Shown piece after piece: positions 21,401-30,668 of a stretch of 64,000 bases of DNA. How positions within the stretch are numbered: the stretch's first letter is position 1; each line of letters starts with the position of its first letter. The notes under the pieces are model-generated. The model made no database searches and was not told the DNA's origin. It worked only from the letters and a program-made list of their open reading frames with translations. This DNA comes from a virus (lineage: Duplodnaviria; Caudoviricetes). The stretch lies in the IMG/VR virus record IMGVR_UViG_3300031993_000016, one strand, 5' to 3'. The position numbers were made by a program, and so were the translations under genes.

Positions 21401-21788
21401 CTTTTGCAAAATTATTAAATATATTTGATACGTTTTTCTTGAAGCCTGATGCATTAAATCCACCAAACAAAGCATTTTCAAAGTTATCTAGAAATCCTTG
21501 AGGCCCATTACCTTGACCTGATCTAGATCGCACGGAATTAGCACCATATCTACGCGGATCATAACCACGAGTATATTGCTGTTCACGATACGCTGTTCTG
21601 AAGCTGTCTCGAGCCGCAGATTGAGATAATCCTAAACTACCAGCACCGCGTAAAGCGTTGCTAAGTGTTGCAAGATTATCATCAATGTTATCTAATGTTT
21701 TCTGTAATGCTTTGATATCTTGATTCTGTGATTCTGATGTAGTTGTAACATTACCAGTTACATTGATTATATCGCGCACATCTGCCAT
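18429..21788 (-). CDS. Tape measure protein
   Basis: 1119 aa, A/S/Q/L-rich helical, downstream of tail chaperone, upstream of baseplate genes. Confidence 0.75.
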   Translation of the reverse strand: MADVRDIINVTGNVTTTSESQNQDIKALQKTLDNIDDNLATLSNALRGAGSLGLSQSAARDSFRTAYREQQYTRGYDPRRYGANSVRSRSGQGNGPQGFLDNFENALFGGFNASGFKKNVSNIFNNFAKELGVSIKDIPNEVGKRLGESARSKLLKNQNVRDIISKGQSFKSDVGQILESRSSQVAKLLKEGNTSGALGEVGSIAKEIRTTGVAAFKSMGSSLLKLAPQLAAVAVAAKLLKTAFDGLKRIGEALSKAFSAATAAANRDSESRKKNLEYANKRMKEDFNTLIEEPFKILKEAAQSVINSWNQNLTTVAATQGYTKADVQDLMSVIAQRLQSEGLSSYISGSDIFDNLARVLSSGMSGAIAEEFAYQATILNKAIPTQDFFGYASTYASIAANAVRAGQSQNQAIQTATKSLQDFASSLLYASRELSGGFTTGLQNASSIYEQSAKIAQAARSENMAAISSVLLATQSYIGAVAPDLASGLVDTIYKALVGGNASDIVALRSLANINASNTEFLREFASNPQKIFTSLFTNLARMYSSSSDAYMEKAEGYAQLFGLSVEAFQRVDFQGLADAIKNMNSSSSALNENMKLLAEGQTTTTAEQLKAQQINQYMIEEGLSYVIDNEAAQLIQQHMWDEQLAREMMEQEYAVNLSSSTMEVFLAIKELVNNILNFLNPIAWVKKLGNLVSTKTEAEAMQADVRQILELGKVGQGNATSLYQLSTRNMSLNLISSMADLLGGRSAYGRARASTTSFQNLSNVLFGSGATQFVGMSSQLATQNMLNNIHSPSSSYSWGSVSKTQGLAAQNILKELSGNLIDSSVSKVLSEVGTMMESSSASAVKSRINAMLSDTYLVDQYVKQGKSYADWAQSASKYGISDLDAALQAAGYTASDIMNYFQAKETEQGVQEAHEIKMQEAVFREAGINFWNTSFPDGFQTPLFSTLNTTNDILSKMDNKLQNIYDDSEKFLLMYRLEWLNKGWAAFVSSQGSNGLFNKFYNEFMNYFINHIYYSNTTGYRYQDVQAVQQSEKIKEQGTVVNALAEMLTSNLMDLTDPTKQTNALLAQILLVTEAIRAQNNAPTGASVEGSSLIDRLNSLALGLTSNGSITQPNGTVL

Positions 21789-21815
21789 ACTACGATATGA
21801 CCTCCTGAAAGTTAA

Positions 21816-21859
21816 ACAAAGAGGATAAGATGTTATATTGAAAGTTACACCTTATCCTC
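21816..21859 (-). terminator. Probable intrinsic terminator
   Basis: GAGGATAAG...CTTATCCTC inverted repeat followed by TTTGTTT on minus strand. Confidence 0.5.
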
Positions 21860-21867
21860 ATATCGCA

Positions 21868-22137
21868 TCATCGTTTTGTAGATTTTAAAGATTGTTCACG
21901 TTCTTTAAGTTCTTGTGTGAACGAATCTACATATTTCTTTCTTATGAATATTGGCTGTTCCATCAACCATTCCGCTGATACGGCGCCTTCAGACGCTCTA
22001 GAAATAAAAAGTGCTTCATCAATTATACTCTCATACAGTTGTTGCCTTATCTCGTGATACGACTTTGTCTGCCCGTTCACTTCTAGACTTCTTCCATTCC
22101 CGTAGATCTCCCACGGTCGGACGAAAAAATTTATCAT
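21868..22137 (-). CDS. Tail chaperone partner ORF (gp51/gpT-like; possible frameshift product)
   Basis: Overlaps chaperone gene in +1 frame; VSAEWLMEQPIFIRKKY pattern; precedes tape measure. Confidence 0.55.
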   Translation of the reverse strand: MINFFVRPWEIYGNGRSLEVNGQTKSYHEIRQQLYESIIDEALFISRASEGAVSAEWLMEQPIFIRKKYVDSFTQELKEREQSLKSTKR

Positions 22138-22855
22138 CTACAAGTGCGAAAAATGCAGCGTCTGTATGACCGCATTTTGGACAAGTTGTAGTACCTCCAA
22201 TTCTTAGACCGTAATCTGTAAGTTCTTTGATTACTTGAGTAAGTATGATGTAATCTGCAGATGAAAGCTCGTTCTGCAGAATCATTTTGATTTCTACTGG
22301 TGTAAGATTACTATTATCTTTTATAGATGAAATCATGTAACATGTTCTTGCAAGTTCTGCGTTAACAGAACCATCAGCTTTCTGGAAAATCTTATCCTTT
22401 TCCGCATTTAACATCTGCTGGATGGTCGGCAGCTTAACATGTATATCACCAGTGAAATCAAGGAATTCATCCTTAGATATTGCGATATCATTGACAAATC
22501 CTGGCGGAAGTGGTTTACATTCAATTGTTTCAAGATTTACTCGATATTCGCCATATGATACTTTACCGCATTTGTCGCAGAATATAGAATTTGTAGTGAA
22601 ATACGGACCGTAGTTTAAAAGTCTTAAACATCTACAAATCCACTGATAATCGATTTCAAGTAACTGCTTAAAATCGATTTTCTCTTCGACAGCCTTTGGC
22701 AGAATCACTTCAAGCATTGTTTTATCAAAATCCTCACTACCAACATATTCAAGTTCAGAAGCTGTTGGAATGCTTGTAAGTGTAAGCACATCAGGTATGA
22801 TACTGCTATCATACACACCTTTACCGAGTAACTCAATTTTTTCTGACATAGCCAT
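22031..22855 (-). CDS. Tail/baseplate assembly chaperone (T4 gp26-like, two CxxC)
   Basis: CDKC and CPKC motifs, near-terminal FFRP, upstream of tape measure. Confidence 0.65.
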   Translation of the reverse strand: MAMSEKIELLGKGVYDSSIIPDVLTLTSIPTASELEYVGSEDFDKTMLEVILPKAVEEKIDFKQLLEIDYQWICRCLRLLNYGPYFTTNSIFCDKCGKVSYGEYRVNLETIECKPLPPGFVNDIAISKDEFLDFTGDIHVKLPTIQQMLNAEKDKIFQKADGSVNAELARTCYMISSIKDNSNLTPVEIKMILQNELSSADYIILTQVIKELTDYGLRIGGTTTCPKCGHTDAAFFALVDDKFFRPTVGDLREWKKSRSERADKVVSRDKATTV

Positions 22856-22956
22856 TTGATTATACCTCCAATTAACAGTTTTAAAAGGATTTACTTTTAC
22901 TACATTATTAAAGGTTCCCCTTAATGTGCCTAGATTAAGAAGAACCTAATTATATA

Positions 22957-23217
22957 TTATAAATCATTGTATTGTTTCTGTAATTCGATTAATTCATTAT
23001 TGGATATTCTATGTACATCATCTGAAATCTGTTGCATGAAATCTTCTATCAAAATTGCCGAATTGTTTCGTAAATATGTTTGAACAGTATTGAGTATGGT
23101 TTGTTTGAATACATGTACTTGTAGCTCAATTGGATAGTGATTAACAGTTAGTTGCGAAACTGTTGATGCTGATTCAGCTGCAGATTCATCTAGTATCTTA
23201 TTTGTGATATCTTCCAT
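22957..23217 (-). CDS. Hypothetical protein
   Basis: 86-aa ORF with GAGG RBS. Confidence 0.55.
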   Translation of the reverse strand: MEDITNKILDESAAESASTVSQLTVNHYPIELQVHVFKQTILNTVQTYLRNNSAILIEDFMQQISDDVHRISNNELIELQKQYNDL

Positions 23218-23220
23218 AAG

Positions 23221-23700
23221 CTATTCCTCTATATCCCAACGCCATGAGTCAAAATTTTCTTCAAATGTAGCATCATTGCATATGGATACGTCTGCCGAAC
23301 CTCGCTTTGCATATATGATAGATGTGTTAGGATTATCTTGAATACATACTAAGATATTAGATCTTCTTACACCTACAAGTGAATCACCTGGTGATAATGA
23401 TAATGTTGTACCATCATCATATACAATGTAGTACCATTCGTCTTCTTCAACATAATCATCACTGTGATAATTGTATAGTCCATTTTTCTCTGCATAAGAA
23501 GCAGGCATCAACCACTTGCGTACCTCAGCTAATGACATCTTTTCAAATATACTGTATGTATCAGCTTCAAAAGCAGATTTGCCAGGTTTATCAAGCCATC
23601 TTGCGAAATCTGCGATTACAGCTGCGTTGTGAGCTTCCCATTCTTCTTTTGTCATATTCAAGTAGTTTGTCTCGATATCGGACTGGATGTATTTTTTCAT
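23221..23700 (-). CDS. MKRYI-tag protein (MKKYIQSD), acidic
   Basis: Shared N-terminal tag; RBS. Confidence 0.7.
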   Translation of the reverse strand: MKKYIQSDIETNYLNMTKEEWEAHNAAVIADFARWLDKPGKSAFEADTYSIFEKMSLAEVRKWLMPASYAEKNGLYNYHSDDYVEEDEWYYIVYDDGTTLSLSPGDSLVGVRRSNILVCIQDNPNTSIIYAKRGSADVSICNDATFEENFDSWRWDIEE

Positions 23701-23703
23701 ATA

Positions 23704-24009
23704 CTACACCTCTTTGAGCTGGTCTGTGACTGCTTTCTTGAACTGACGGTATGAGATTTCGCTGTCATCAGCTGCTCCTATGACTGTTCCGTCGTCATAC
23801 ATGTATCCTCCAAACATGTGGTCAACCATATATCTGATTTCATCACGGATGTCTGATGCTTCGTAATCGTTTACTTGACAGAATTCTTTGAAAGAATCGC
23901 ATTCCTGCTCTTTCATATCTTTTCTCCATTCATCTACTATGTCTTGAATTAGTTTCTGCATAGCAGGTGTGAATTGAGCTTCTTCAGCTGCCTTAATATA
24001 TCTTTTCAT
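23704..24009 (-). CDS. MKRYI-tag protein (MKRYIKAA), paralog of 25444..25737
   Basis: TPAMQKLIQD..EASDIR.EI.YMV shared with paralog. Confidence 0.75.
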   Translation of the reverse strand: MKRYIKAAEEAQFTPAMQKLIQDIVDEWRKDMKEQECDSFKEFCQVNDYEASDIRDEIRYMVDHMFGGYMYDDGTVIGAADDSEISYRQFKKAVTDQLKEV

Positions 24010-24074
24010 ATATCATGTCCTCCTGCATGTACTATAACGAATCTATAGAGATGCTATAGTACCTGCAACCTGAT

Positions 24075-24306
24075 TTAATTTAAAATATGTTTCGGATAGT
24101 AACTATCACCACGAAATAATGAGATAAACACAGTAGCCCTAAATTTTTCATCGAGGTCTACGTAACACCTAAAAAACAACAAGGTCCGATGATTTATCTA
24201 CAGTATATTCAATAACATGTGCAGCTAAATATCTTTCAAATACATCAGATTCATATGATCGAAGGTTTAAAGTCCACCAAAACTTTGTTGCATCAATTGA
24301 TCGCAT
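24075..24306 (-). pseudogene. Small gene broken by a 1-nt frameshift in a T6 run
   Basis: GGAGG RBS, MRSIDATKFWW...VVF*; removing one T at 24171-24176 extends to RCYVDLDEKFR...HILN*. Confidence 0.45.
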
Positions 24307-24425
24307 AGTAACTACACCTCCTTCGTGTATTATAACGAAGCTACAGATTTTTCTATAATTATCTGATCGCTTAGCTGTAACACATAAAATGAGTTCATAT
24401 GTAAAATTATCTTCTAATTTTCAAT

Positions 24426-25331
24426 CTATTCAGCTATATCATATCTATTTACATGCTGTTTAGCCCAATAGATTTTATAGATTTCATTGACAACTTCTCT
24501 TAGATCATACTGATTTAAGTGATTATCATCTGCCCACGCATATATATCGTCAATCTGCTTCTGAACATTAGGATCATTGTATCTAGTAGATCTGCGATTA
24601 TTAACAGATTTAGCTTCCACTTCTTGCTGTGCACTACTTAAATCATTTGCATATGTACTTAGTATAAATGTTTTTAGCTCTAACGCAGCATCTACTATGC
24701 TATCATCTGCATCATACGGATATGGTTTAGACGCTACTGCCTTATCTTTATGATACGACTTCAAATAATCATGAACCTTTTTCTCGGCTGCCTTTACAGT
24801 TTTAGGAAAGTATCTTCGAAGTTGTTCATCAATCTGACCTCCATGAACTAATATACGAAATAATCCATCTTTAGAAGGATAGAACTTATCATCCCCTACG
24901 GACGTAATTATGTCATAGTTCCTTATATAGATTGTATCCTCAAATATATGCCAATCGGAATTCAATGGATCAATATCATAGAAATCAAATACACACTGAC
25001 TTGCAGGGTCATGGACCATATTTAGAAAGATTTGAGTAACTGCGTGTATTAACTGTGTATCTGACGAATAACTTGAAGGGTCTATTTGTAGTTTAGATAG
25101 TTCTGTAGCCCATGTACCTACAAAATTGATATTCTGATTAGGCAACTCACCTACAAAATATTTTGTTTCTGGGCCGGAATCAAACTCGCAAGTTATGCAA
25201 AACACATGCATATCACCTATACACTCACCTACATCTTCAACTGTGCATTTAGTCGACGGCTTTCGACCAGCATAGTTGCGATTATATTCGCTTTCATATG
25301 TGAGCCTTGTAGATTTAATATATTTTTTCAT
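24426..25331 (-). CDS. MKRYI-tag protein (MKKYIKST)
   Basis: Tag plus internal TVKAAE. Confidence 0.75.
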   Translation of the reverse strand: MKKYIKSTRLTYESEYNRNYAGRKPSTKCTVEDVGECIGDMHVFCITCEFDSGPETKYFVGELPNQNINFVGTWATELSKLQIDPSSYSSDTQLIHAVTQIFLNMVHDPASQCVFDFYDIDPLNSDWHIFEDTIYIRNYDIITSVGDDKFYPSKDGLFRILVHGGQIDEQLRRYFPKTVKAAEKKVHDYLKSYHKDKAVASKPYPYDADDSIVDAALELKTFILSTYANDLSSAQQEVEAKSVNNRRSTRYNDPNVQKQIDDIYAWADDNHLNQYDLREVVNEIYKIYWAKQHVNRYDIAE

Positions 25332-25443
25332 GTAGTCTATCTCCTTTTATGACATATTATCTTACATATAACATAACAAATTTACCTACGAATTAGAGCG
25401 TGGATTTCATATATCTGTCCCCTGTCTATGTGCTATAACGAAG

Positions 25444-25737
25444 CTACAGAGCTGCAGTAACTTGCTTTTTGAATTCTCTGTAAGAGACTCCAGAACCATT
25501 TGAAGCTTCTACATATGATCCGTCATCAAACATTAAGCCACCATACATACGATTAACCATGTAATCAATTTCTTCACGTATGTCAGATGCTTCCCAATCA
25601 TTTGTCTGTACAAACTCTTTCCAGGTTTCGCACTCCATTTCTTTCATGCTCTTTTTGAAGTCATCGGCTACATCTTGGATGAGCTTCTGCATAGCAGGTG
25701 TTAAAGATTCGGTAGATGATTTGATATACCCTTTCAT
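25444..25737 (-). CDS. MKRYI-tag protein (MKGYIKSS), paralog of 23704..24009
   Basis: Clear similarity over full length. Confidence 0.75.
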   Translation of the reverse strand: MKGYIKSSTESLTPAMQKLIQDVADDFKKSMKEMECETWKEFVQTNDWEASDIREEIDYMVNRMYGGLMFDDGSYVEASNGSGVSYREFKKQVTAAL

Positions 25738-25749
25738 GATAACCTCCTA

Positions 25750-27120
25750 TCACCCTACGCCGAATGGATGAACGCTATCGCCATATCCATAAGAATCTTC
25801 ATAGAAGTATTTGCAACCGTTTTCAACTTGCTTTTCTGCTTCTGCTATAAGCCAATCAAGTTTGTAAGGACATCTAGAAAAATTCTCCCTCAATGCCGTA
25901 AGCAATTCTGGTGTAGCTGCTTCTAACAATTTCAATGCAAGTTTCTTTGTAGGGCACATTATAGCTACATCGGTCGGATACTTCTCCTCATATTGAAACC
26001 ATTTTTTAATGGCACTTACAGGGTTATCACATCTGAATGAAAGATCGTGTCCGCCATGTACGAGGTAATTATACTTACCATATGGTGACCAATCATCATC
26101 GTCCTCTTCATCAATATCTGTATCACTTGTAATGCCTTGAGGTGCTAATTCTCTGAGGTCGTAGTAATCAAGTTCATCAGTATTAAGTACACCATCTAAA
26201 CAGATGTATGTGCCCCAAGTACCTTTGTCGTTCTGACCTTCTTGTACTTCTAATACATTTAAGTCCTTTGGAATAGTACCAGGACCAATTCCGTGTGTTG
26301 TAAAGTACCAATACTTTCTTTCTTCATAGGGTCTTACGTCTGAATATCGGTTAATTTCACCGGCAGATTCAATTGGTAATGATTCAGAGCGGTCAAACAT
26401 GTCTGTATGTCCTACAACAGGACCAACATAGTCCTCAGGCCAGAAATGTAAGATGATTGTATCTCGTGTTGCAGTACCTTCGCATTCAAAGGTCAAGACA
26501 GGTTCTCCGCTTATACTATAACTGTCCGGGTCAGAAGAGTCTACTCGGATAATCTCAACTTCTGTTCCAAGATCACACTCAGCAGCATCTTCTGTAACCT
26601 TAACAATGTCGCCTACTTTCAGTTCATCAGCAGTAACTGCTCCAGGAGTACGATATGGATCTACCTTATACTTAGTAAATGTAGCAAGGTCAAAAGGCTT
26701 ACCATTTTCAATAGCCCAGTTAAGTTGATCCTCTTCACTGATAGATGAATGAATATAGTCGTCTGGTTCAGGTTCAATAGTTGACGCATCGATGAATTTG
26801 TCAGAACCGTGTCTTGCGATGTACTCACGTACATCTATCAAATTTGGATGTTCTTCGAGCCATTCATCTCTGAATTCAGTGTCACCTGCGAATTCATCTA
26901 TGACATCAATGATTTCACCGCCGTCATATTCTTCAGGATAGTCACGCTTAAGTATCTGGTCTGCATACCACCATTCGTCTTCACCATCAGGTACCCAAAC
27001 ACCACCTCCAGATTCTTTACCATCAAAAGTCACCCAGAGGATATTCCAATAGGTGTAACCTTCTGGGCGATCTTCCCAAGTATCATCAATGTAATCAGAA
27101 GAACTTATATATCGTTTCAT
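25750..27120 (-). CDS. MKRYI-tag acidic multidomain protein (MKRYISSS)
   Basis: Tag plus internal IDAS, IHSS, IESA, ITSD separating small domains. Confidence 0.8.
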   Translation of the reverse strand: MKRYISSSDYIDDTWEDRPEGYTYWNILWVTFDGKESGGGVWVPDGEDEWWYADQILKRDYPEEYDGGEIIDVIDEFAGDTEFRDEWLEEHPNLIDVREYIARHGSDKFIDASTIEPEPDDYIHSSISEEDQLNWAIENGKPFDLATFTKYKVDPYRTPGAVTADELKVGDIVKVTEDAAECDLGTEVEIIRVDSSDPDSYSISGEPVLTFECEGTATRDTIILHFWPEDYVGPVVGHTDMFDRSESLPIESAGEINRYSDVRPYEERKYWYFTTHGIGPGTIPKDLNVLEVQEGQNDKGTWGTYICLDGVLNTDELDYYDLRELAPQGITSDTDIDEEDDDDWSPYGKYNYLVHGGHDLSFRCDNPVSAIKKWFQYEEKYPTDVAIMCPTKKLALKLLEAATPELLTALRENFSRCPYKLDWLIAEAEKQVENGCKYFYEDSYGYGDSVHPFGVG

Positions 27121-27168
27121 AAGTCACCTCCATATGTAAAATAATGTCCTAACATTATGTAAGGTTCA

Positions 27169-27630
27169 TCATTTAAAAAAGTAGAAGAAAGAATTCGGAC
27201 TAGCTATTGGGAGTCCTACATCTTCTACATCGTCATCTATTGTCAGATCTTTAATAGCTTCTACAAGGAATCCATAAGGCTTGTTTGGTTTAACCTTAAC
27301 GAGATATTTATGACCTTTGACGAATCCACAAGCACCATCTTTACCTGTATAAGTTCTTTCTACATAATCTGTAGGTAATCCATATTCTGAATCTTCTGCA
27401 GCAGGTGCAGTAGATGGCTGCATCAACGGTGATTTCTTTCCAAGTTTAACTCCGTTCTTTCTGCATTCTGCACATCTCGGAGTAGGGTCTGTTAAATACT
27501 TTATTTCAACGGGCTTACCACAAGTAGGACACGGACGATAGTGAATATCATCACAGTATCTCTGCTTTGGATTTCTTGGATGAAATAGTTTTCCACATTC
27601 TTTACAAGTTTTCTGTATGTCCATAAGCAT
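27169..27630 (-). CDS. Zinc-finger protein
   Basis: CKEC, YC..H, CPTC, CAEC. Confidence 0.65.
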   Translation of the reverse strand: MLMDIQKTCKECGKLFHPRNPKQRYCDDIHYRPCPTCGKPVEIKYLTDPTPRCAECRKNGVKLGKKSPLMQPSTAPAAEDSEYGLPTDYVERTYTGKDGACGFVKGHKYLVKVKPNKPYGFLVEAIKDLTIDDDVEDVGLPIASPNSFFYFFK

Positions 27631-27639
27631 TATACCTCC

Positions 27640-28071
27640 TTAGTATTCGAAATTATCTAATGCAGGATTACCAGTTAACTGAAACACTCTGTAATGAGGT
27701 TCTGTAATAACATCATATCGTTTGTTATCTATTTCAAATTCTTCAGCTATCTTGCTAATTAAATCAGCATCTGCAGCTACAGATTCGCTACAAATGATTT
27801 CATACACCTGAGCTCTGATGCTGTAAACAACTCTTCCTCGTTCAATGCATCCGAACCCTTTATTTACAATTGACTGAGCAGATTCAGGTAATTGATTCAT
27901 AACAACATCTCTCCACTCTGTCATATGATTCTTCGTATTGCTATACTGGATGTACCCTCTATCATCTACGCCATCATCAAGTGGAACGCATTTTCCAATT
28001 ATTTTATCTTCATATATCCACCATATACCAATTAGTCCGTCAGTATAGCTTGACTTAATGTATCTTTTCAT
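27640..28071 (-). CDS. MKRYI-tag protein (MKRYIKSS), paralog of 28079..28456
   Basis: Start moved to MKRYIKSS after GAGG RBS; G.WW..NH..W..RGRV. Confidence 0.75.
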   Translation of the reverse strand: MKRYIKSSYTDGLIGIWWIYEDKIIGKCVPLDDGVDDRGYIQYSNTKNHMTEWRDVVMNQLPESAQSIVNKGFGCIERGRVVYSIRAQVYEIICSESVAADADLISKIAEEFEIDNKRYDVITEPHYRVFQLTGNPALDNFEY

Positions 28072-28078
28072 ATTAACC

Positions 28079-28456
28079 TCATTTCTGCGGAACGTATCCG
28101 TCATCTAAATGACATTTGTAATGGTTGCTGTTATCATAATTAACGATGGGTTCAGTTCTTAGCCCAAACTGTCTTTTAATTTCAGGTATCATTGAATCAT
28201 CAATGTTTGGATTCATATAAATTACTGGCTGCCCATTTGATTTAAATTCTACTCTACCACGAGGATAGTAGTCAAACGGTTTATTCCTATGTTCTTTAGG
28301 GGCAATTTCTTTCCACAAGTTACGGTGATTATAAGTACTGCCCGATTTAGCAATACCTATAGTACTACCTTCATAATAAGGGAATGCAAATAACTCTCCA
28401 TCTATCACCCAAAATACTCCATTTGATTCTTCAGCAGCTTTGATATATTTCTTCAT
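28079..28456 (-). CDS. MKRYI-tag protein (MKKYIKAA)
   Basis: GVFW..NH..W..PRGRV..HY shared with neighbour. Confidence 0.75.
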   Translation of the reverse strand: MKKYIKAAEESNGVFWVIDGELFAFPYYEGSTIGIAKSGSTYNHRNLWKEIAPKEHRNKPFDYYPRGRVEFKSNGQPVIYMNPNIDDSMIPEIKRQFGLRTEPIVNYDNSNHYKCHLDDGYVPQK

Positions 28457-28465
28457 GTGAACCTC

Positions 28466-29263
28466 CTACAATGTAGCAAGCTTCAACGGTTTTACTAAAA
28501 CTCTAAGATGGTATCTCTGGATATTCCAACCTCCGGCATCAATTGTTTCTACCTCTGCACTACCATTCTCACCTACAACTATACCATTGAGTGCTTTTCC
28601 ACTCCAATGTATGTCAGAACAATCTATGATAGGGCCGGTGATGTTGTATACTCTATTATAAAGATCGAGTAACCAATCATCTGCAGATTTTTCATTCATC
28701 TGTCTGAATTCTTCATCTGTATGCTTGAGAGATTCTTCCTTTGAATATGAATAAAGATTTCTCCACGCTCTGCTGAATTCACGATATGCTTTCATATCAA
28801 ATCCACCATATCCGTCACGCTTGTTAACCTGATATTCTTCTTCCATTTCTATTTTTCTCTGCTTCATGCGCTCACGAGCGTTTATATCCCACTGTGTCCA
28901 AAGGTCTACGAGTTCATCCCTAGCTTCTTTAAAAGCTTCCGGAATTTCTGTCTGAAGCGTTTTCTCTACTTCGAGCTGTCTTTCAAGACGACCTCTCCAA
29001 TTATCTGCAGTCTTCTGAGCTTCTGCAAGTCGCTTTTCTGCATTCTTTGCATCACTCAACTTATCTTCGTACTCGCATATTGTCCAGTACGCATCTTCAT
29101 GATTACCATCTGTATAATCGCGCCTATTAAGTGTCCAACCATTCTTATTGATGATTTCAAGCTTTTTCTGAGCCTGAGCTTTATGACGTTCTATAGTCTT
29201 CTGAATCTTTGCTACATTTGCTTCAGCCTTCTCAAGGCGTTCTCTTAAATCTATACTATTCAT
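28466..29263 (-). CDS. Conserved phage protein (coiled-coil N-terminus), probable early gene
   Basis: C-terminal LNG.V.G..G.A.VETI.AGGWNIQRYH.RVLV; downstream of sigma-A promoter. Confidence 0.65.
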   Translation of the reverse strand: MNSIDLRERLEKAEANVAKIQKTIERHKAQAQKKLEIINKNGWTLNRRDYTDGNHEDAYWTICEYEDKLSDAKNAEKRLAEAQKTADNWRGRLERQLEVEKTLQTEIPEAFKEARDELVDLWTQWDINARERMKQRKIEMEEEYQVNKRDGYGGFDMKAYREFSRAWRNLYSYSKEESLKHTDEEFRQMNEKSADDWLLDLYNRVYNITGPIIDCSDIHWSGKALNGIVVGENGSAEVETIDAGGWNIQRYHLRVLVKPLKLATL

Positions 29264-29276
29264 ATACTAATCCTCC

Positions 29277-30590
29277 TTATGAATTAACTGCATCGAAAAA
29301 TGTATCAAGAGCTTCATCTACGTCCTTGGTGCCGGTTTCATGCCCTTCACTATTCTTAGGCTTTTCTGCATACTTAACTCTGCATCTTGTAAGCCATGTC
29401 TGCTTAACTCCGTTGTACTCATCTAACTTCTTAATAGTTCCGGTTATAGAAACAACTTCTTCTCTATCATTATCTCTGATTCCTGATGAGCTATCCCACA
29501 TGATTACGTTACCATTGGTATCTACTATCTTATAACGAATTGTAATACCATAGTCAGTCTCCCAACTTGTTATGATTGAAATCTCACAATCACCAGTAAG
29601 TGTAACTCGTTGACCTACTTCTCCGATGTAGTTAGAAATTTTAGCTTCTGCTTCATGAGCTTCAGCTCTTCTATCTGCTTCAGTCTTCTTCTCAATGTAC
29701 TTATTATATGTAGGAATAATAGATACAGCGTAGCCGAAATTCTTAGCCTGGATGTATTCAGAGTCTACAATGACTTTAAGATTATGCATGTAATCTGAAT
29801 TGTCTTCTGAATCCTTAACCCACTTCATTGCGTCTTCTACATAACTGATGAGTTCTGGATCGTTGTAATCCGGGTTGAATCGAGTTCTATAAGTTTCTAT
29901 TGCTTCTTTATAAGCAGGCATAAGTGAATGTGGGTTGATGTCGTACTTAAGAGATGTGTGTGTCTGTACTCGTGTATTCATCTCATTCCTTGGGCCGTCC
30001 CAAGATGATGAACGATAGCCGATATGATCTACTATATCTGCTGCATGCTTAAGTACGTCTACTGTCCTGAAATATGGTGCTGAATATCCACCTTCATAAG
30101 GAGCTTCGCCTTTGATAAGCTCATCGAATAATGCGATATATGCTGCAGCTGCTTCTGCATCAAATCCATGTGTGAAATCGCATAAGCAAGAAGATCCAAC
30201 CTGTTTGTATTCATTAGTGTCTTGATTATAGATAAGGTATGTGTCCTTGCGATGGCGGATTGAATGACAATGATCGCAAGTTGGTTCGCAGTTGAAATAC
30301 TGCTCAGGAACAGGAACTTCGTCTATGAGCTTCCTGACGATATTGCCGTTATCATGATGCTCAAGAGTTGCGATGAATCTCCATCCGTTGATCTTTGCTG
30401 TGCCTTCGCATTCAACTACGATGAATCTACAAGTCTGCTTAGAACCATCTTCATTCTTCACTTCTTTGAACTCTTCACTTACTTCACGATAAACAAAATC
30501 GCACCCGTACTTATTACACTTAGTACGAATGCGAGTAAGCTTCTTCTGAAGTCTTTCCATGTTATCTTCAAGAATTAAATATGTATTCAT
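29277..30590 (-). CDS. Conserved phage protein with Zn-binding motif and C-terminal OB-like fold, probable early gene
   Basis: CDHC...RKDTY..VGSSC; C-terminal ITGTIK..EYNGVKQTWLTRC. Confidence 0.7.
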   Translation of the reverse strand: MNTYLILEDNMERLQKKLTRIRTKCNKYGCDFVYREVSEEFKEVKNEDGSKQTCRFIVVECEGTAKINGWRFIATLEHHDNGNIVRKLIDEVPVPEQYFNCEPTCDHCHSIRHRKDTYLIYNQDTNEYKQVGSSCLCDFTHGFDAEAAAAYIALFDELIKGEAPYEGGYSAPYFRTVDVLKHAADIVDHIGYRSSSWDGPRNEMNTRVQTHTSLKYDINPHSLMPAYKEAIETYRTRFNPDYNDPELISYVEDAMKWVKDSEDNSDYMHNLKVIVDSEYIQAKNFGYAVSIIPTYNKYIEKKTEADRRAEAHEAEAKISNYIGEVGQRVTLTGDCEISIITSWETDYGITIRYKIVDTNGNVIMWDSSSGIRDNDREEVVSITGTIKKLDEYNGVKQTWLTRCRVKYAEKPKNSEGHETGTKDVDEALDTFFDAVNS

Positions 30591-30668
30591 ATGAGTACCT
30601 CCTTGCTCTTGCAATCTTGATATATGTACTATAACGAATTCACCATATTATAGGTGTTATTGTATACA

